From Acidithiobacillus sp. (GTDB lineage: Bacteria > Pseudomonadota > Gammaproteobacteria > Acidithiobacillales > Acidithiobacillaceae), in NCBI RefSeq assembly GCF_049965315.1, contig NZ_JBMFWL010000003.1:15716-79715 (forward strand): DNA of 64,000 nt, in the 5' to 3' direction. The notes under the pieces were generated by a model, which was not told where the DNA came from, did not search any database, and saw only the letters and a program-made list of their open reading frames with translations. Both the position numbers and the translations under genes were made by a program. This document shows, in pieces, positions 1 to 11,051 of the stretch. Positions within the stretch are counted from its first letter, which is position 1, and each line of letters begins with the position of its first letter.

Positions 1-1104
1 GGGCGCGGCCTGGTGGCCAATCCGGGCTGGACGCAGTCCCTCATTCCCGGCGGAGCTGCGGGTACCGGGGGAGTCCCCCTCGGCGTGGACGACCCCTACG
101 CCATTTACAAAAACCTTTCGGCCCTTGGCAAATGGTCCAATCCCTGGATCAGCTATCCAGCGCGCCTCTTTCTCTTCAACGACCTGCTGGGGCACAAGGT
201 CCCCTTTGAGGACTTCGGGGAATTTGTCTCGCGTTCCGAGGCGGGCAATATCTCCAAGGCCATGAAAAGCCACCTGGCCACCGGTTTCCCCGGCTGGGAC
301 CGCATGATCCTCGACACCTATCGGGAGAAAATGGCCGAAAACTGGCTCAAGGCCCATCCCGGCGCCCGCTTCCCCCATTTCATCTACATTTGGCTGCCTG
401 ACGACCATACCGCCGGGCGCTCGGCGTGCTACTACAATCCCGACTATTACGTCGCCAACAACGACCATGCCACGGCCAAGTTCATCCACTACCTCTCCAC
501 CACCCCGGAATGGCGGCACATGGTGGTTTTCCTCACCGAGGACGATGCCCAGTCCGGCGCCGATCACATCAACGCCCATCGCACCTTCGCCCTGGCCATG
601 GGTCCCTGGGTGAAAAAAGGCTTCCTCGAAAGCAATCTCTATTCACAGGTCAATATCCTCAAGACCACCGAAGCCATCTTCGGCCTGCCGCCCCTGTCCC
701 AGTGGGATCAGAATGCCAGCGTGTTCTCGGGGATGTGGACCGACCATCCGGACTTCACGCCCACCAAGGTCCTTCCCATGCAGGTGCCCGTCACCTTCAA
801 TGCGGGAAAATGCACCCACTACACCCTGCTGCGCCGCGAGGCGGGAGTCACTGGGCATGCCCTGTCTCCAGACTGGTATCAGGCCCATCAAAGCAGCCAT
901 GGAGCCAGTTTGCCCGCTCCCCGCAAGACCCAGGCATACGCACCCACCACCCTGCTCAAGGTCCCCGGACCAGAGCAGATGAAACAGGAATGGATTGCGG
1001 CCAAAGGAACCAAGGCCTATGCGCGGGAGATGCGCTACCTGAAGGCCTATGCGCAGGCCCGACACGCCCCCATGGCCGCCTATCAGGCAGGGGAAGCGGA
1101 GTGA
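1..1104 (+). CDS. Phosphoesterase family protein (phospholipase C / AcpA-type), 5'-partial
   Basis: The frame is open from base 1 (GRGL precedes the GTG at 13). The translation contains IYIWLPDDHTAGRS and FLTEDDAQSGADHINAHRT, typical metal-site blocks of the phosphoesterase family. The N-terminus lies outside the window. Confidence 0.6.
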   Translation, partial: GRGLVANPGWTQSLIPGGAAGTGGVPLGVDDPYAIYKNLSALGKWSNPWISYPARLFLFNDLLGHKVPFEDFGEFVSRSEAGNISKAMKSHLATGFPGWDRMILDTYREKMAENWLKAHPGARFPHFIYIWLPDDHTAGRSACYYNPDYYVANNDHATAKFIHYLSTTPEWRHMVVFLTEDDAQSGADHINAHRTFALAMGPWVKKGFLESNLYSQVNILKTTEAIFGLPPLSQWDQNASVFSGMWTDHPDFTPTKVLPMQVPVTFNAGKCTHYTLLRREAGVTGHALSPDWYQAHQSSHGASLPAPRKTQAYAPTTLLKVPGPEQMKQEWIAAKGTKAYAREMRYLKAYAQARHAPMAAYQAGEAE

Positions 1105-1286
1105 TGCTGCCATGCCCTTTAACTGAAAAGCGGGGTTATATCGCAACAGGCTGCATGGAATGAACGGCAATGGCGGAAGATCATTCCCTACCAGCCTTCA
1201 TTCGCTGCAAACATAGTGCGTTGTCAATGCGGCTTTCGCCGCGAATACCTGAGAGACAGACAACACTGGGCAATGGCAGGCGCCTT

Positions 1287-3521
1287 TCACTTGCTCTTAC
1301 GGCTACGCCTCTTTTTCGGGCTCTCCGCGGTATCCGTCACCCGCTCGAAATCGATCTTGCGCTCATCCAGATTGACGTTCGCCACCCGGACGATGATGTC
1401 ATCGCCCAACTGGAAAGTCTCCCGGGTGCGCTCACCAAGGAGGCGGTAGTGCTGGGCGTCGAAATGGAAATAATCCTCGCCCAGGGTGGATATATGCACC
1501 AGCCCTTCCACATAGACCTCGCGCAGCGCCACGAACAGACCAAAGCCGGTCACACCGGTAATGATGCCCGTATAGACCTCGCCAACCTTGTCCAGCATGA
1601 ACTCGCATTTGAGCCAGTTCACCGCCTCCCGGCTGGCCTCGTCCGCCCGCCTTTCCGTCATGGAACAATGCTGGCCCAGGTCCTGTAGGGCCTTTTTGGG
1701 TATCCACCGGGATTGCTCCGTGCCCCCCTCCTCCAGCAAGGTCTGGATGCCGCGATGGACCAGGAGGTCCGGATAGCGGCGGATAGGCGAGGTAAAATGG
1801 GTATAAGCCGGAAAGGCCAGACCAAAATGCATCCCCGTATCCACCGTATAATAGGCTTGGGAAAGACTGCGCAGGACCACCGTCTGGATCAGGCTGGCAT
1901 CGCTGCGCTCCCGGGTCTGCTCCAGGATCTGGGCGAGATCCGCGCTGCGCGGGCGCTCGGGCAGACGCACCGGCACCCCCAGCTCACTCAGGAAGCGGCG
2001 CAGGTCTTCCAATTTGTCCACGGAGGGCTCGGGATGCACCCGGTAGAGCATGGGCATCTCATGGATGCGGAAAAACTGCGCCGCGCAGACATTGGCCGCC
2101 AGCATGCACTCTTCAATGATGCGGTGCGCCACATTGCGGGTCAGGGCCGCAATTCGCTCGATGCGCCCCTCCTCGTTGTAGATGATTTTGGTTTCCTGGG
2201 TATCGAATTCAATGGTACCCCGCCGCTCCCGCGCACGGGATAGGCTTCCATACAGGGCCCGCAAGGCCTCTATGTGGGGCACCATCTCCCGATCCTGCTC
2301 GCGCAATTGGGCATCGCCATCGAGAATGGCGGCCACTTCATCATAGGTGAAGCGCCGCCGCGAGCGCATGACTCCCCGTGCAAAGCGGAAGCGGAGCACC
2401 TCGCCATCCCTGCCCACGTCCATCTCGCAGACCATGCATAGGCGGTCCACATGGGGGTTGAGGGAACACAGGCCATTGGAGAGCACCTCCGGCAGCATCG
2501 GTATCACCCGCCGGGGAAAATAGACGGAATTCCCCCGCGCCTGGGCCTCCAGATCCAGCGCGCTCCCGGGGCGCACATAGGTCGCCACATCGGCAATGGC
2601 CACCGTCAGCCGGAAACCCTCGGAACTTTCCTCGGCATAGACGGCATCGTCAAAGTCCTTGGCATCGGCACCATCGATGGTGACCAGCGGCAGATGGCGA
2701 AAATCCCGACGGCCCTCTTTCATGGCCTCGGGAACCTCCGCGGAAAATTTCGCGCTTTCCGCCAGCACGGCCTCGGGCCATTGATGGGGCAAGCCGTAGT
2801 TGCGTACCGCGATCTCCACCTCCATGCCCGGCGCCATGTGTTCGCCCAGGACCTCCACCACCCTTCCCTGGGGCACATTGCGCCCTTCGGGGTAGTGGGT
2901 AATCTCCAGGATCACGATTTGCCCGTGGACCGCCCCGCCGCAGCCGCCTTCCACCACGGCAAATTCCTGGGCAATGCGCCGATCTTCGGGGATGACATGG
3001 TGCACCCCCTCCTCGCTGTAGAGGCGTCCCACCACCTGTTTCACCGCCCGTTCCAGGACTCGCACCACGGCACCTTCGGTGCGGCCGCGGCGGTCCTCGC
3101 CAATGGCCCGCCCGAGAATGATGTCCCCATGGAGGACCTTGCGCATTTCCCGCGGCGAAAGGAAGAGATCCTTGCCGCGCTCGTCGGGAATGAGAAAGCC
3201 GAAGCCGTCGGGATGGGCGCTGACCGTCCCGCGGATGAGTTCCATGGCTGCGACGATGCCATAGGCCCCGCGCCGATTACGGACAATCTGCCCGTCCCGC
3301 TCCATGGCGCGCAAGCGGCGGCGAAGCGCCTCCAGGTCATCTTCCACAACATCGAGATCGCCGGCGATGCTCTCCAGGGTCGCCGGTTTTCCGGCCTCCG
3401 CGAGATAGCTCAGGATGTATTCGCGGCTGACGATGGGGCGTTCGTATTTTTCTTTTTCCCGGCCGTACATCGGATCGCGTTCGCTGAGCGACGCGTCCTT
3501 GGGGTTCTGTGTTTCCGGCAT
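1287..3521 (-). CDS. rnr: Ribonuclease R
   Basis: The track ORF is 809 aa, but its first 65 codons run across tRNA-Leu on the other strand. I trimmed the start to ATG 3521 (MPETQNPKD...). It has an RNB core (IDGADAKDFDDAVYAE, HFGLAFPAYTHFTSPIRRYPDLLVHR), a C-terminal S1-like domain and a Lys/Arg-rich tail. Confidence 0.9.
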   Translation of the reverse strand: MPETQNPKDASLSERDPMYGREKEKYERPIVSREYILSYLAEAGKPATLESIAGDLDVVEDDLEALRRRLRAMERDGQIVRNRRGAYGIVAAMELIRGTVSAHPDGFGFLIPDERGKDLFLSPREMRKVLHGDIILGRAIGEDRRGRTEGAVVRVLERAVKQVVGRLYSEEGVHHVIPEDRRIAQEFAVVEGGCGGAVHGQIVILEITHYPEGRNVPQGRVVEVLGEHMAPGMEVEIAVRNYGLPHQWPEAVLAESAKFSAEVPEAMKEGRRDFRHLPLVTIDGADAKDFDDAVYAEESSEGFRLTVAIADVATYVRPGSALDLEAQARGNSVYFPRRVIPMLPEVLSNGLCSLNPHVDRLCMVCEMDVGRDGEVLRFRFARGVMRSRRRFTYDEVAAILDGDAQLREQDREMVPHIEALRALYGSLSRARERRGTIEFDTQETKIIYNEEGRIERIAALTRNVAHRIIEECMLAANVCAAQFFRIHEMPMLYRVHPEPSVDKLEDLRRFLSELGVPVRLPERPRSADLAQILEQTRERSDASLIQTVVLRSLSQAYYTVDTGMHFGLAFPAYTHFTSPIRRYPDLLVHRGIQTLLEEGGTEQSRWIPKKALQDLGQHCSMTERRADEASREAVNWLKCEFMLDKVGEVYTGIITGVTGFGLFVALREVYVEGLVHISTLGEDYFHFDAQHYRLLGERTRETFQLGDDIIVRVANVNLDERKIDFERVTDTAESPKKRRSRKSK

Positions 3522-3549
3522 TGACAAATGCTCCTCAATTGATGAAAAT
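3521..3549 (+). promoter_or_regulatory. Sigma70-like promoter for tRNA-Leu (TTGACA-N17-GAAAAT)
   Basis: TTGACA at 3521-3526, an exact 17-nt spacer, GAAAAT at 3544-3549, and the mature tRNA 5' end 9 nt downstream at 3559. The -35 element touches the rnr ATG on the opposite strand (3519-3521). Confidence 0.45.
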
Positions 3550-3558
3550 CCGTTCCAC

Positions 3559-3645
3559 GCCGAGGTGGCGGAATTGGTAGACGCGCTAGGTTCAGGTCCT
3601 AGTGGGCGAAAGCTTGTGCTGGTTCGAGTCCAGTCCTCGGTACCA
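3559..3645 (+). tRNA. tRNA-Leu(CAG), class II, CCA encoded
   Basis: GCCGAGG acceptor pairing with CCTCGGT, anticodon stem CTAGG/CCTAG around loop TTCAGGT (anticodon CAG), long variable arm, T arm GGTTCGAGTCC, discriminator A, CCA. Confidence 0.95.
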
Positions 3646-3654
3646 AAAAGTAAA

Positions 3655-3681
3655 GGGTAGGCGTAACGCCTGCCCTTTTTT
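3655..3681 (+). terminator. Rho-independent terminator after tRNA-Leu
   Basis: GGGTAGGCG-TAA-CGCCTGCCC hairpin (9 bp with one G.U) followed by TTTTTTAT. Confidence 0.6.
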
Positions 3682-3737
3682 ATGGGCGCTGCCGGAATGC
3701 GCGGTACAAGTCGCACACACTGCGCAACCCTCCATGA

Positions 3738-6270
<2,533 letters not shown>

Positions 6271-6274
<4 letters not shown>

Positions 6275-7146
6275 TTCCCCGCCGCCCCCAGGGTATGCCG
6301 GAAGTATTTGAAGAACGGCGAGTCGGGGTTGAGCACCAGGACATCTTTTCCGCCCAGACTCTGCCGATAGGCCTCCAGACTACGATAGAAGGAAAAGAAG
6401 GCCGGATTTTTACCGTAGGCCTGGCCGTAGATATTGCCCGCTTCCGCGTCGCCCTGACCTTTCAACTCCTCCACCTGACGATAGGCATCGGCCAGGATCT
6501 GGGTCTTCTCCTTGTCCGCCTGGGCACGAATCTCCGCTGCCGCTTCGGCGCCGCGGGAGCGATACTCATTGGCTTCCTGGGTACGTTCCGCCTCCATCCG
6601 CTTGTACACGGCCTGGAGGACTTCCGGCGGCAGACCTACCTGCAGGATGCGCACGTCCACCAGTTGGATGCCCAAGGCCTGGAGGCGCTGATTGGCGCTG
6701 GCGAGGACGGGGTCGATCATTTGCTTGCGATTGCCGGTAATGACCGCCTCCAGCGGCATCTTGCCCACCTCCCCGCGCAGGAAGGAGCGGACAATATCAC
6801 CGATGCGGGCCTGGGCAGTGGCGGCGTTACGCACGCTGGTATAAAAAACCAAAGGCTTGGTGATCCGCCATTCGGCATAAAAATCCACCAGGACCGGCTT
6901 CTTCTCCACGGTCAGATAAGACTCTGGCTGGGTGCTATAGCTGGCCAGGCGCTTATCCAGGAAGATCACGTCCTGAACCAGGGGCCACTTGAAATACAAA
7001 CCGGGTTGTTCCACCACGCGCACGGGCTTGCCAAACTCCAGCACCACCGCGCTCTGGGTCATGCGGACGGTATAAAAACTGGCGGACACCAGGAGCAGTA
7101 TGCCCAGGAGGACCAGCATGCCTACGCTCCAGCCGGCATTTTTCAT
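6271..7146 (-). CDS. hflC: Protease modulator HflC (SPFH/band-7)
   Basis: 291 aa with an N-terminal TM segment and an SPFH domain (YTVRMTQSAVVLEFGKP..., EAERTQEANEYRSRGAE). 4-nt overlap with the hflK stop. Confidence 0.9.
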
Positions 7147-8306
7147 GATGCACCCCCAGGCAATACCACGGGCGCGACGGCGCTCTGCGCCGGGGCGATG
7201 GGCAGGGGTTTTGCGGAAACGGTGGGCGCCGCGGCGCCGGCGGTACTGCTGGCTTCGTGCATCTGATTGCCGGCCATCGGCATATAAATCACAGGCTGCC
7301 CCTTGCCTTCAATAATGACCTTTTGCGTATGGCTGAGGATGTCCTGCATGGTCTGCAGGTACATGCGTTCACTCACGACCTTTGGATTCTTTTCATAAGC
7401 GCCCAGTATATCGAGGAAACGGGCGCTATCCCCTTTGGCGCGATCGACCACCTGCTGCTTGTAGGCTTCGGCGCCCGTCACCATGGCCGACGCCTCACCC
7501 CGGGCGCGGGGGACGATATTATTGGCATAGGCCTGCGCCTCGTTGCGCGCCCGCTCCAGGTCCTCCCGCGCGGCCGTCACATCCAGGAAGGCCGGCTGCA
7601 CCGCCTTGGGGGGGCCCACCTCCAGCAACTGCACGGCATCCACCGTGATGCCCGCATGGTAACGGTTGAGCAGGTCCTGCATGATGGTCATGGCCTGCTG
7701 CTCCACAGGCCCGCGCCCGGCGGTGAGGAGGCCGTCGATCTTGCTCCGCCCCACCACTTCGCGCATGGCCGATTCGGCCACGTAACGCACCAGTTGTTCC
7801 GGACTGGTGGTGGCGAAGAGATACTGGCTCGGGTTGCTGATCCGGTATTGCACGGCAAAACGGACATCGACCACATTTTCGTCCGCCGTCAGCATCATGC
7901 CCGGGTTGAGGGCGTCACCACTGCCCGTATAGCCCAGGACCAGGCGCAGGCTCTGGGTGACCTTGGGCGTGTAGACCTCCTCGATGGGATAGGGAAGATG
8001 ATAATGCAGCCCCGGTTCGACAATGTTGACTTCCTTGCCGAAGCGCAGCACCACGCCCTGCTCGTCGGGCCCTACGACGTAGATGCCCGAGGCAAGCCAC
8101 GTCAGCGCCACGACCCCGGCCACGATCATCGGCAATTTGTTCATCCATTCCCGCGACGCCCCGGGACCGCCCTTCCCCCCCAGAGCGCCGCCGAGACGGC
8201 GCAGTTCCGCGGTGATTTTTTTGATGTCGAAGGGTGGCTTTTGTTGATTGGGGCGCCGTCCCCAGGGATTATCATTCTTGTTCCCGCCCGGATCACTCCA
8301 CGGCAT
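7143..8306 (-). CDS. hflK: Protease modulator HflK (SPFH/band-7)
   Basis: Start trimmed to ATG 8306 (MPWSDPGGNKNDNPWG), preceded by GGAAGGAGAG. The longer track start would overlap hflX. SPFH domain and Ala/Pro-rich tail. Confidence 0.9.
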   Translation of the reverse strand: MPWSDPGGNKNDNPWGRRPNQQKPPFDIKKITAELRRLGGALGGKGGPGASREWMNKLPMIVAGVVALTWLASGIYVVGPDEQGVVLRFGKEVNIVEPGLHYHLPYPIEEVYTPKVTQSLRLVLGYTGSGDALNPGMMLTADENVVDVRFAVQYRISNPSQYLFATTSPEQLVRYVAESAMREVVGRSKIDGLLTAGRGPVEQQAMTIMQDLLNRYHAGITVDAVQLLEVGPPKAVQPAFLDVTAAREDLERARNEAQAYANNIVPRARGEASAMVTGAEAYKQQVVDRAKGDSARFLDILGAYEKNPKVVSERMYLQTMQDILSHTQKVIIEGKGQPVIYMPMAGNQMHEASSTAGAAAPTVSAKPLPIAPAQSAVAPVVLPGGAS

Positions 8307-8320
8307 GCCGCTCTCCTTCC

Positions 8321-9514
8321 TCAGTCCTGAACACGCATTGTAGGGGGCGTCTCTATGGCATGACAACCACTCAGGCGCCCGGCATGGCGGGCGCACAGCC
8401 GATGCCACGCCAGTTCATCCATATCCACCAAAAGATGGGAAGCACCCGCATCCGTGAAGGTTTCCTCCAGGACGGTCCCGAGCCGTTGCAAGCGCGCCCG
8501 CAGGGCACCCTCTTCGGGACCCAGGATAACTTCGGCGCGAACGCGCTTGCCCGCCAGTTGCTGGGCGATGACCGCCAGCAAAGCCGGCAAGCCCTCTCCC
8601 GTTAGCGCGCTGACACGAACCGCCGCCACTTCTCCCGAGGCCTGATATTCGATACCCGCCGCAGCGCCGGCGATATCCATCTTGTTGCGGACCAAAAGCC
8701 GCGGAATGGCCGCCGCCCCGATCTCTTCCAGCACCCCTTCCACTGCCGCAGCCTGTTGCTCCCAGCACGGATCGCTGGCATCCACGACATGGAGCAGCAA
8801 TTGCGCCTGGTTGACCTCTTCCAAAGTGGCCCGGAAGGCGGCAATGAGCTCATGGGGGAGTTCGCGCAGGAAACCGACGGTATCCGCCAGGAGCACGGTG
8901 CCACGGCCAGGCAGGGCCAAGCGGCGAATGGCCGGATCCAGGGTGGCGAAAAGCTGATCGGCCGTATAGCTTGAGCCATGGCTGAGGGCATTGAACAAGG
9001 AGGACTTGCCGGCATTGGTGTAACCCACCAGGGCCACGGTGGGCAGCGGCGCGCGCAGGCGGGCGCGCCGCTGGGTATCGCGGTTGCCCGCCACCTTGAG
9101 CAGTCGGGAACGCAACATGCGAATCCGATCGCCGATGAGTCTTCGGTCGGTTTCCAATTGGGTTTCGCCGGGTCCGCGCAGGCCGATACCACCCCGTTGG
9201 CGTTCCAGATGGGTCCACCCCCGCACCAGCCGGGTACGCAGATGGGAGAGCTGTGCCAGCTCAACCTGCAGTTTGCCTTCGTGGGTGCGTGCCCGGCGGG
9301 CGAAGATATCCAGGATCAAACCCACCCGATCGACTACCCGGCATCCCAGAGCCCGTTCCAGGTTGCGCTCCTGAACGGGACTCAGGATCCGATCGAAAAG
9401 CACCAGTTCCGCCCCCGAACCGGCCACGGCGGCCGCAAGCTCCGCCACCTTCCCGCTACCGATGAAGGTGGCGGGGTCGCGCCGATCGCGGCGCACCGTA
9501 AACATGGCCTCCAC
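8321..9514 (-). CDS. hflX: GTPase HflX (the real N-terminus probably extends to about 9646-9652)
   Basis: G1 GYTNAGKSSLFN, DTVGF, NKMD. The HflX N-domain block RARTHEGKLQVELAQL is present. The track start is the first in-frame GTG. About 44 more open codons upstream still look like HflX (see finding). Confidence 0.9.
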   Translation of the reverse strand: MEAMFTVRRDRRDPATFIGSGKVAELAAAVAGSGAELVLFDRILSPVQERNLERALGCRVVDRVGLILDIFARRARTHEGKLQVELAQLSHLRTRLVRGWTHLERQRGGIGLRGPGETQLETDRRLIGDRIRMLRSRLLKVAGNRDTQRRARLRAPLPTVALVGYTNAGKSSLFNALSHGSSYTADQLFATLDPAIRRLALPGRGTVLLADTVGFLRELPHELIAAFRATLEEVNQAQLLLHVVDASDPCWEQQAAAVEGVLEEIGAAAIPRLLVRNKMDIAGAAAGIEYQASGEVAAVRVSALTGEGLPALLAVIAQQLAGKRVRAEVILGPEEGALRARLQRLGTVLEETFTDAGASHLLVDMDELAWHRLCARHAGRLSGCHAIETPPTMRVQD

Positions 9515-9645
9515 GATGGCGCCACTGCCTTCCGCCAGATGACGGAATTCCTCGCCTTCATCCCCATCCGCCTCCCCACGCAGGAGTATGTGGACCAGAA
9601 TGACCTTCTCCCGTCCCCGCTGCTCCGGGACGGCCGGTTCGGTAA

Positions 9646-9918
9646 TCAGGATTCCGCCTCCACCTCGGTGCTTTCTTCGGGGCCGCGATCCGGCAGGGGC
9701 AGGCGTACATCCTTGCCCGGTACCACCGTGGAGATCGCATGCTTGTAGATCATCTGGCTGACATTGTTGCGCAGCAACACGACGAACTGATCGAAAGATT
9801 CAATGAACCCCTGCAGCTTGATGCCATTCACCAAATAAATGGCGACAGGGACATGCTCCTTGCGGAGAAGGTTGAGAAATGGATCCTGAAGGATCTGTCC
9901 CTTTTGTTGTCCGGCCAT
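9646..9918 (-). CDS. hfq: RNA chaperone Hfq
   Basis: [49 protein letters not shown] with the Sm1/Sm2 motifs. AAGGAG Shine-Dalgarno sequence upstream of the ATG. Confidence 0.95.
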   Translation of the reverse strand: MAGQQKGQILQDPFLNLLRKEHVPVAIYLVNGIKLQGFIESFDQFVVLLRNNVSQMIYKHAISTVVPGKDVRLPLPDRGPEESTEVEAES

Positions 9919-10100
9919 TTTTATCTCCTTAGCTCAATTTATGGCGCTTCTTGGCGTAGCACTTCCGGACTTAGACTAGCTCAACGGGAGGGAAAACACC
10001 ATGACCCGTCAAAGCTGTCCGCCGAGCCCCGCGAGACTTGGGCGCCAGGATCTCCCGCGCCTTCCACCAGACCCTCTCCGCGGCTGCCGCACCGCCTTTC

Positions 10101-11051
10101 TCAATGGCCCCATGGCCGGAAATGCGGGTATCCGGCCATCGCCAGCCAGTCGCCCACGGCAACGCAGAGACTGTTTGCCGCCGTTTCCTCGCTGGGGTCG
10201 AGGGTGAGATCGCGGCTTTCCTGACGCAACCAGGTTTCCTGGCGCTTGGCCAATTGCCTGGTGGCCGCCGCCGCTGCGGCGAGGGCCTCGGGTAAGGGGC
10301 ACAGCCCTTCCAGATAGGGCATTAGCTGGCGATAACCCACGGCCCGCATGGCGGGGAGTTCTGGCGCATAGCGTTGCGCCTGCAAATGGCGCAGCTCGTC
10401 CAGCAAGCCCGCTGCGAGCATGGCCTCTAAGCGTTGCTCGATGCGCCGGTGCAGCCACCCGCGCGGTCCTTGCAGAATGATCTTGCGCAGGGCTCCGGGA
10501 AACTCTCCTTGCCACTGGCGTTGACCGGCCAGGGGCTTGCCGGTGAGGTGGATCAGCTCAAGAGCCCGCTGGATCCGTTGGCGGTCGTGGCTGGCTATCT
10601 GCGCGGCGGTAACCGGATCCAGGACCGCCAGGCGTTGATGCAAGGCTGGCCAGCCGAGGGCGGCACCCTCCTCGCTCAGACATTGGCGGAGCCGGTGGTC
10701 CGCCGCCGGCAGCGCCCCGATCCCCCGCTCCAGGGCGCGAAAATAGAGGCCACTCCCCCCTACCAGCAGGGGGATCCGGCCGCGCTGCCGCGCCGCGGCG
10801 ATCTCGGCCAGGGCATCCTGCCGAAAGCTGCCCGCCGAATACGGCTGATCGGGCTCCCGAATATCCACCAGGGCATGGGGATAGCGGGCGCGCAGCGCCG
10901 GATCCGGTTTGGCCGTGCCAATGTCGAAATGGCGGTACACCAGCACCGAGTCGACGCTGATGATGTCCACCGGAAAGGCATCGGCAAGGAGCAGGGCCAG
11001 GGCGGTCTTGCCACTGGCGGTAGGACCCATGAGGGCGATGGCGGGGATCAT
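10101..11051 (-). CDS. miaA: tRNA dimethylallyltransferase
   Basis: Start trimmed to ATG 11051 (MIPAIALMGPTASGKTALAL, P-loop), which forms an ATGA overlap with the mutL stop. The DSVLVYRHFDIGTAKP block is present. Confidence 0.9.
   Translation of the reverse strand: MIPAIALMGPTASGKTALALLLADAFPVDIISVDSVLVYRHFDIGTAKPDPALRARYPHALVDIREPDQPYSAGSFRQDALAEIAAARQRGRIPLLVGGSGLYFRALERGIGALPAADHRLRQCLSEEGAALGWPALHQRLAVLDPVTAAQIASHDRQRIQRALELIHLTGKPLAGQRQWQGEFPGALRKIILQGPRGWLHRRIEQRLEAMLAAGLLDELRHLQAQRYAPELPAMRAVGYRQLMPYLEGLCPLPEALAAAAAATRQLAKRQETWLRQESRDLTLDPSEETAANSLCVAVGDWLAMAGYPHFRPWGH

Noticed and set aside
1105-1286. Convergent intergenic region between the phosphoesterase gene and rnr, with the small hairpin GCGGC-TTTC-GCCGC.
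   Set aside because: 5-bp stem with no flanking T-run on either strand. This is not convincing as a terminator.
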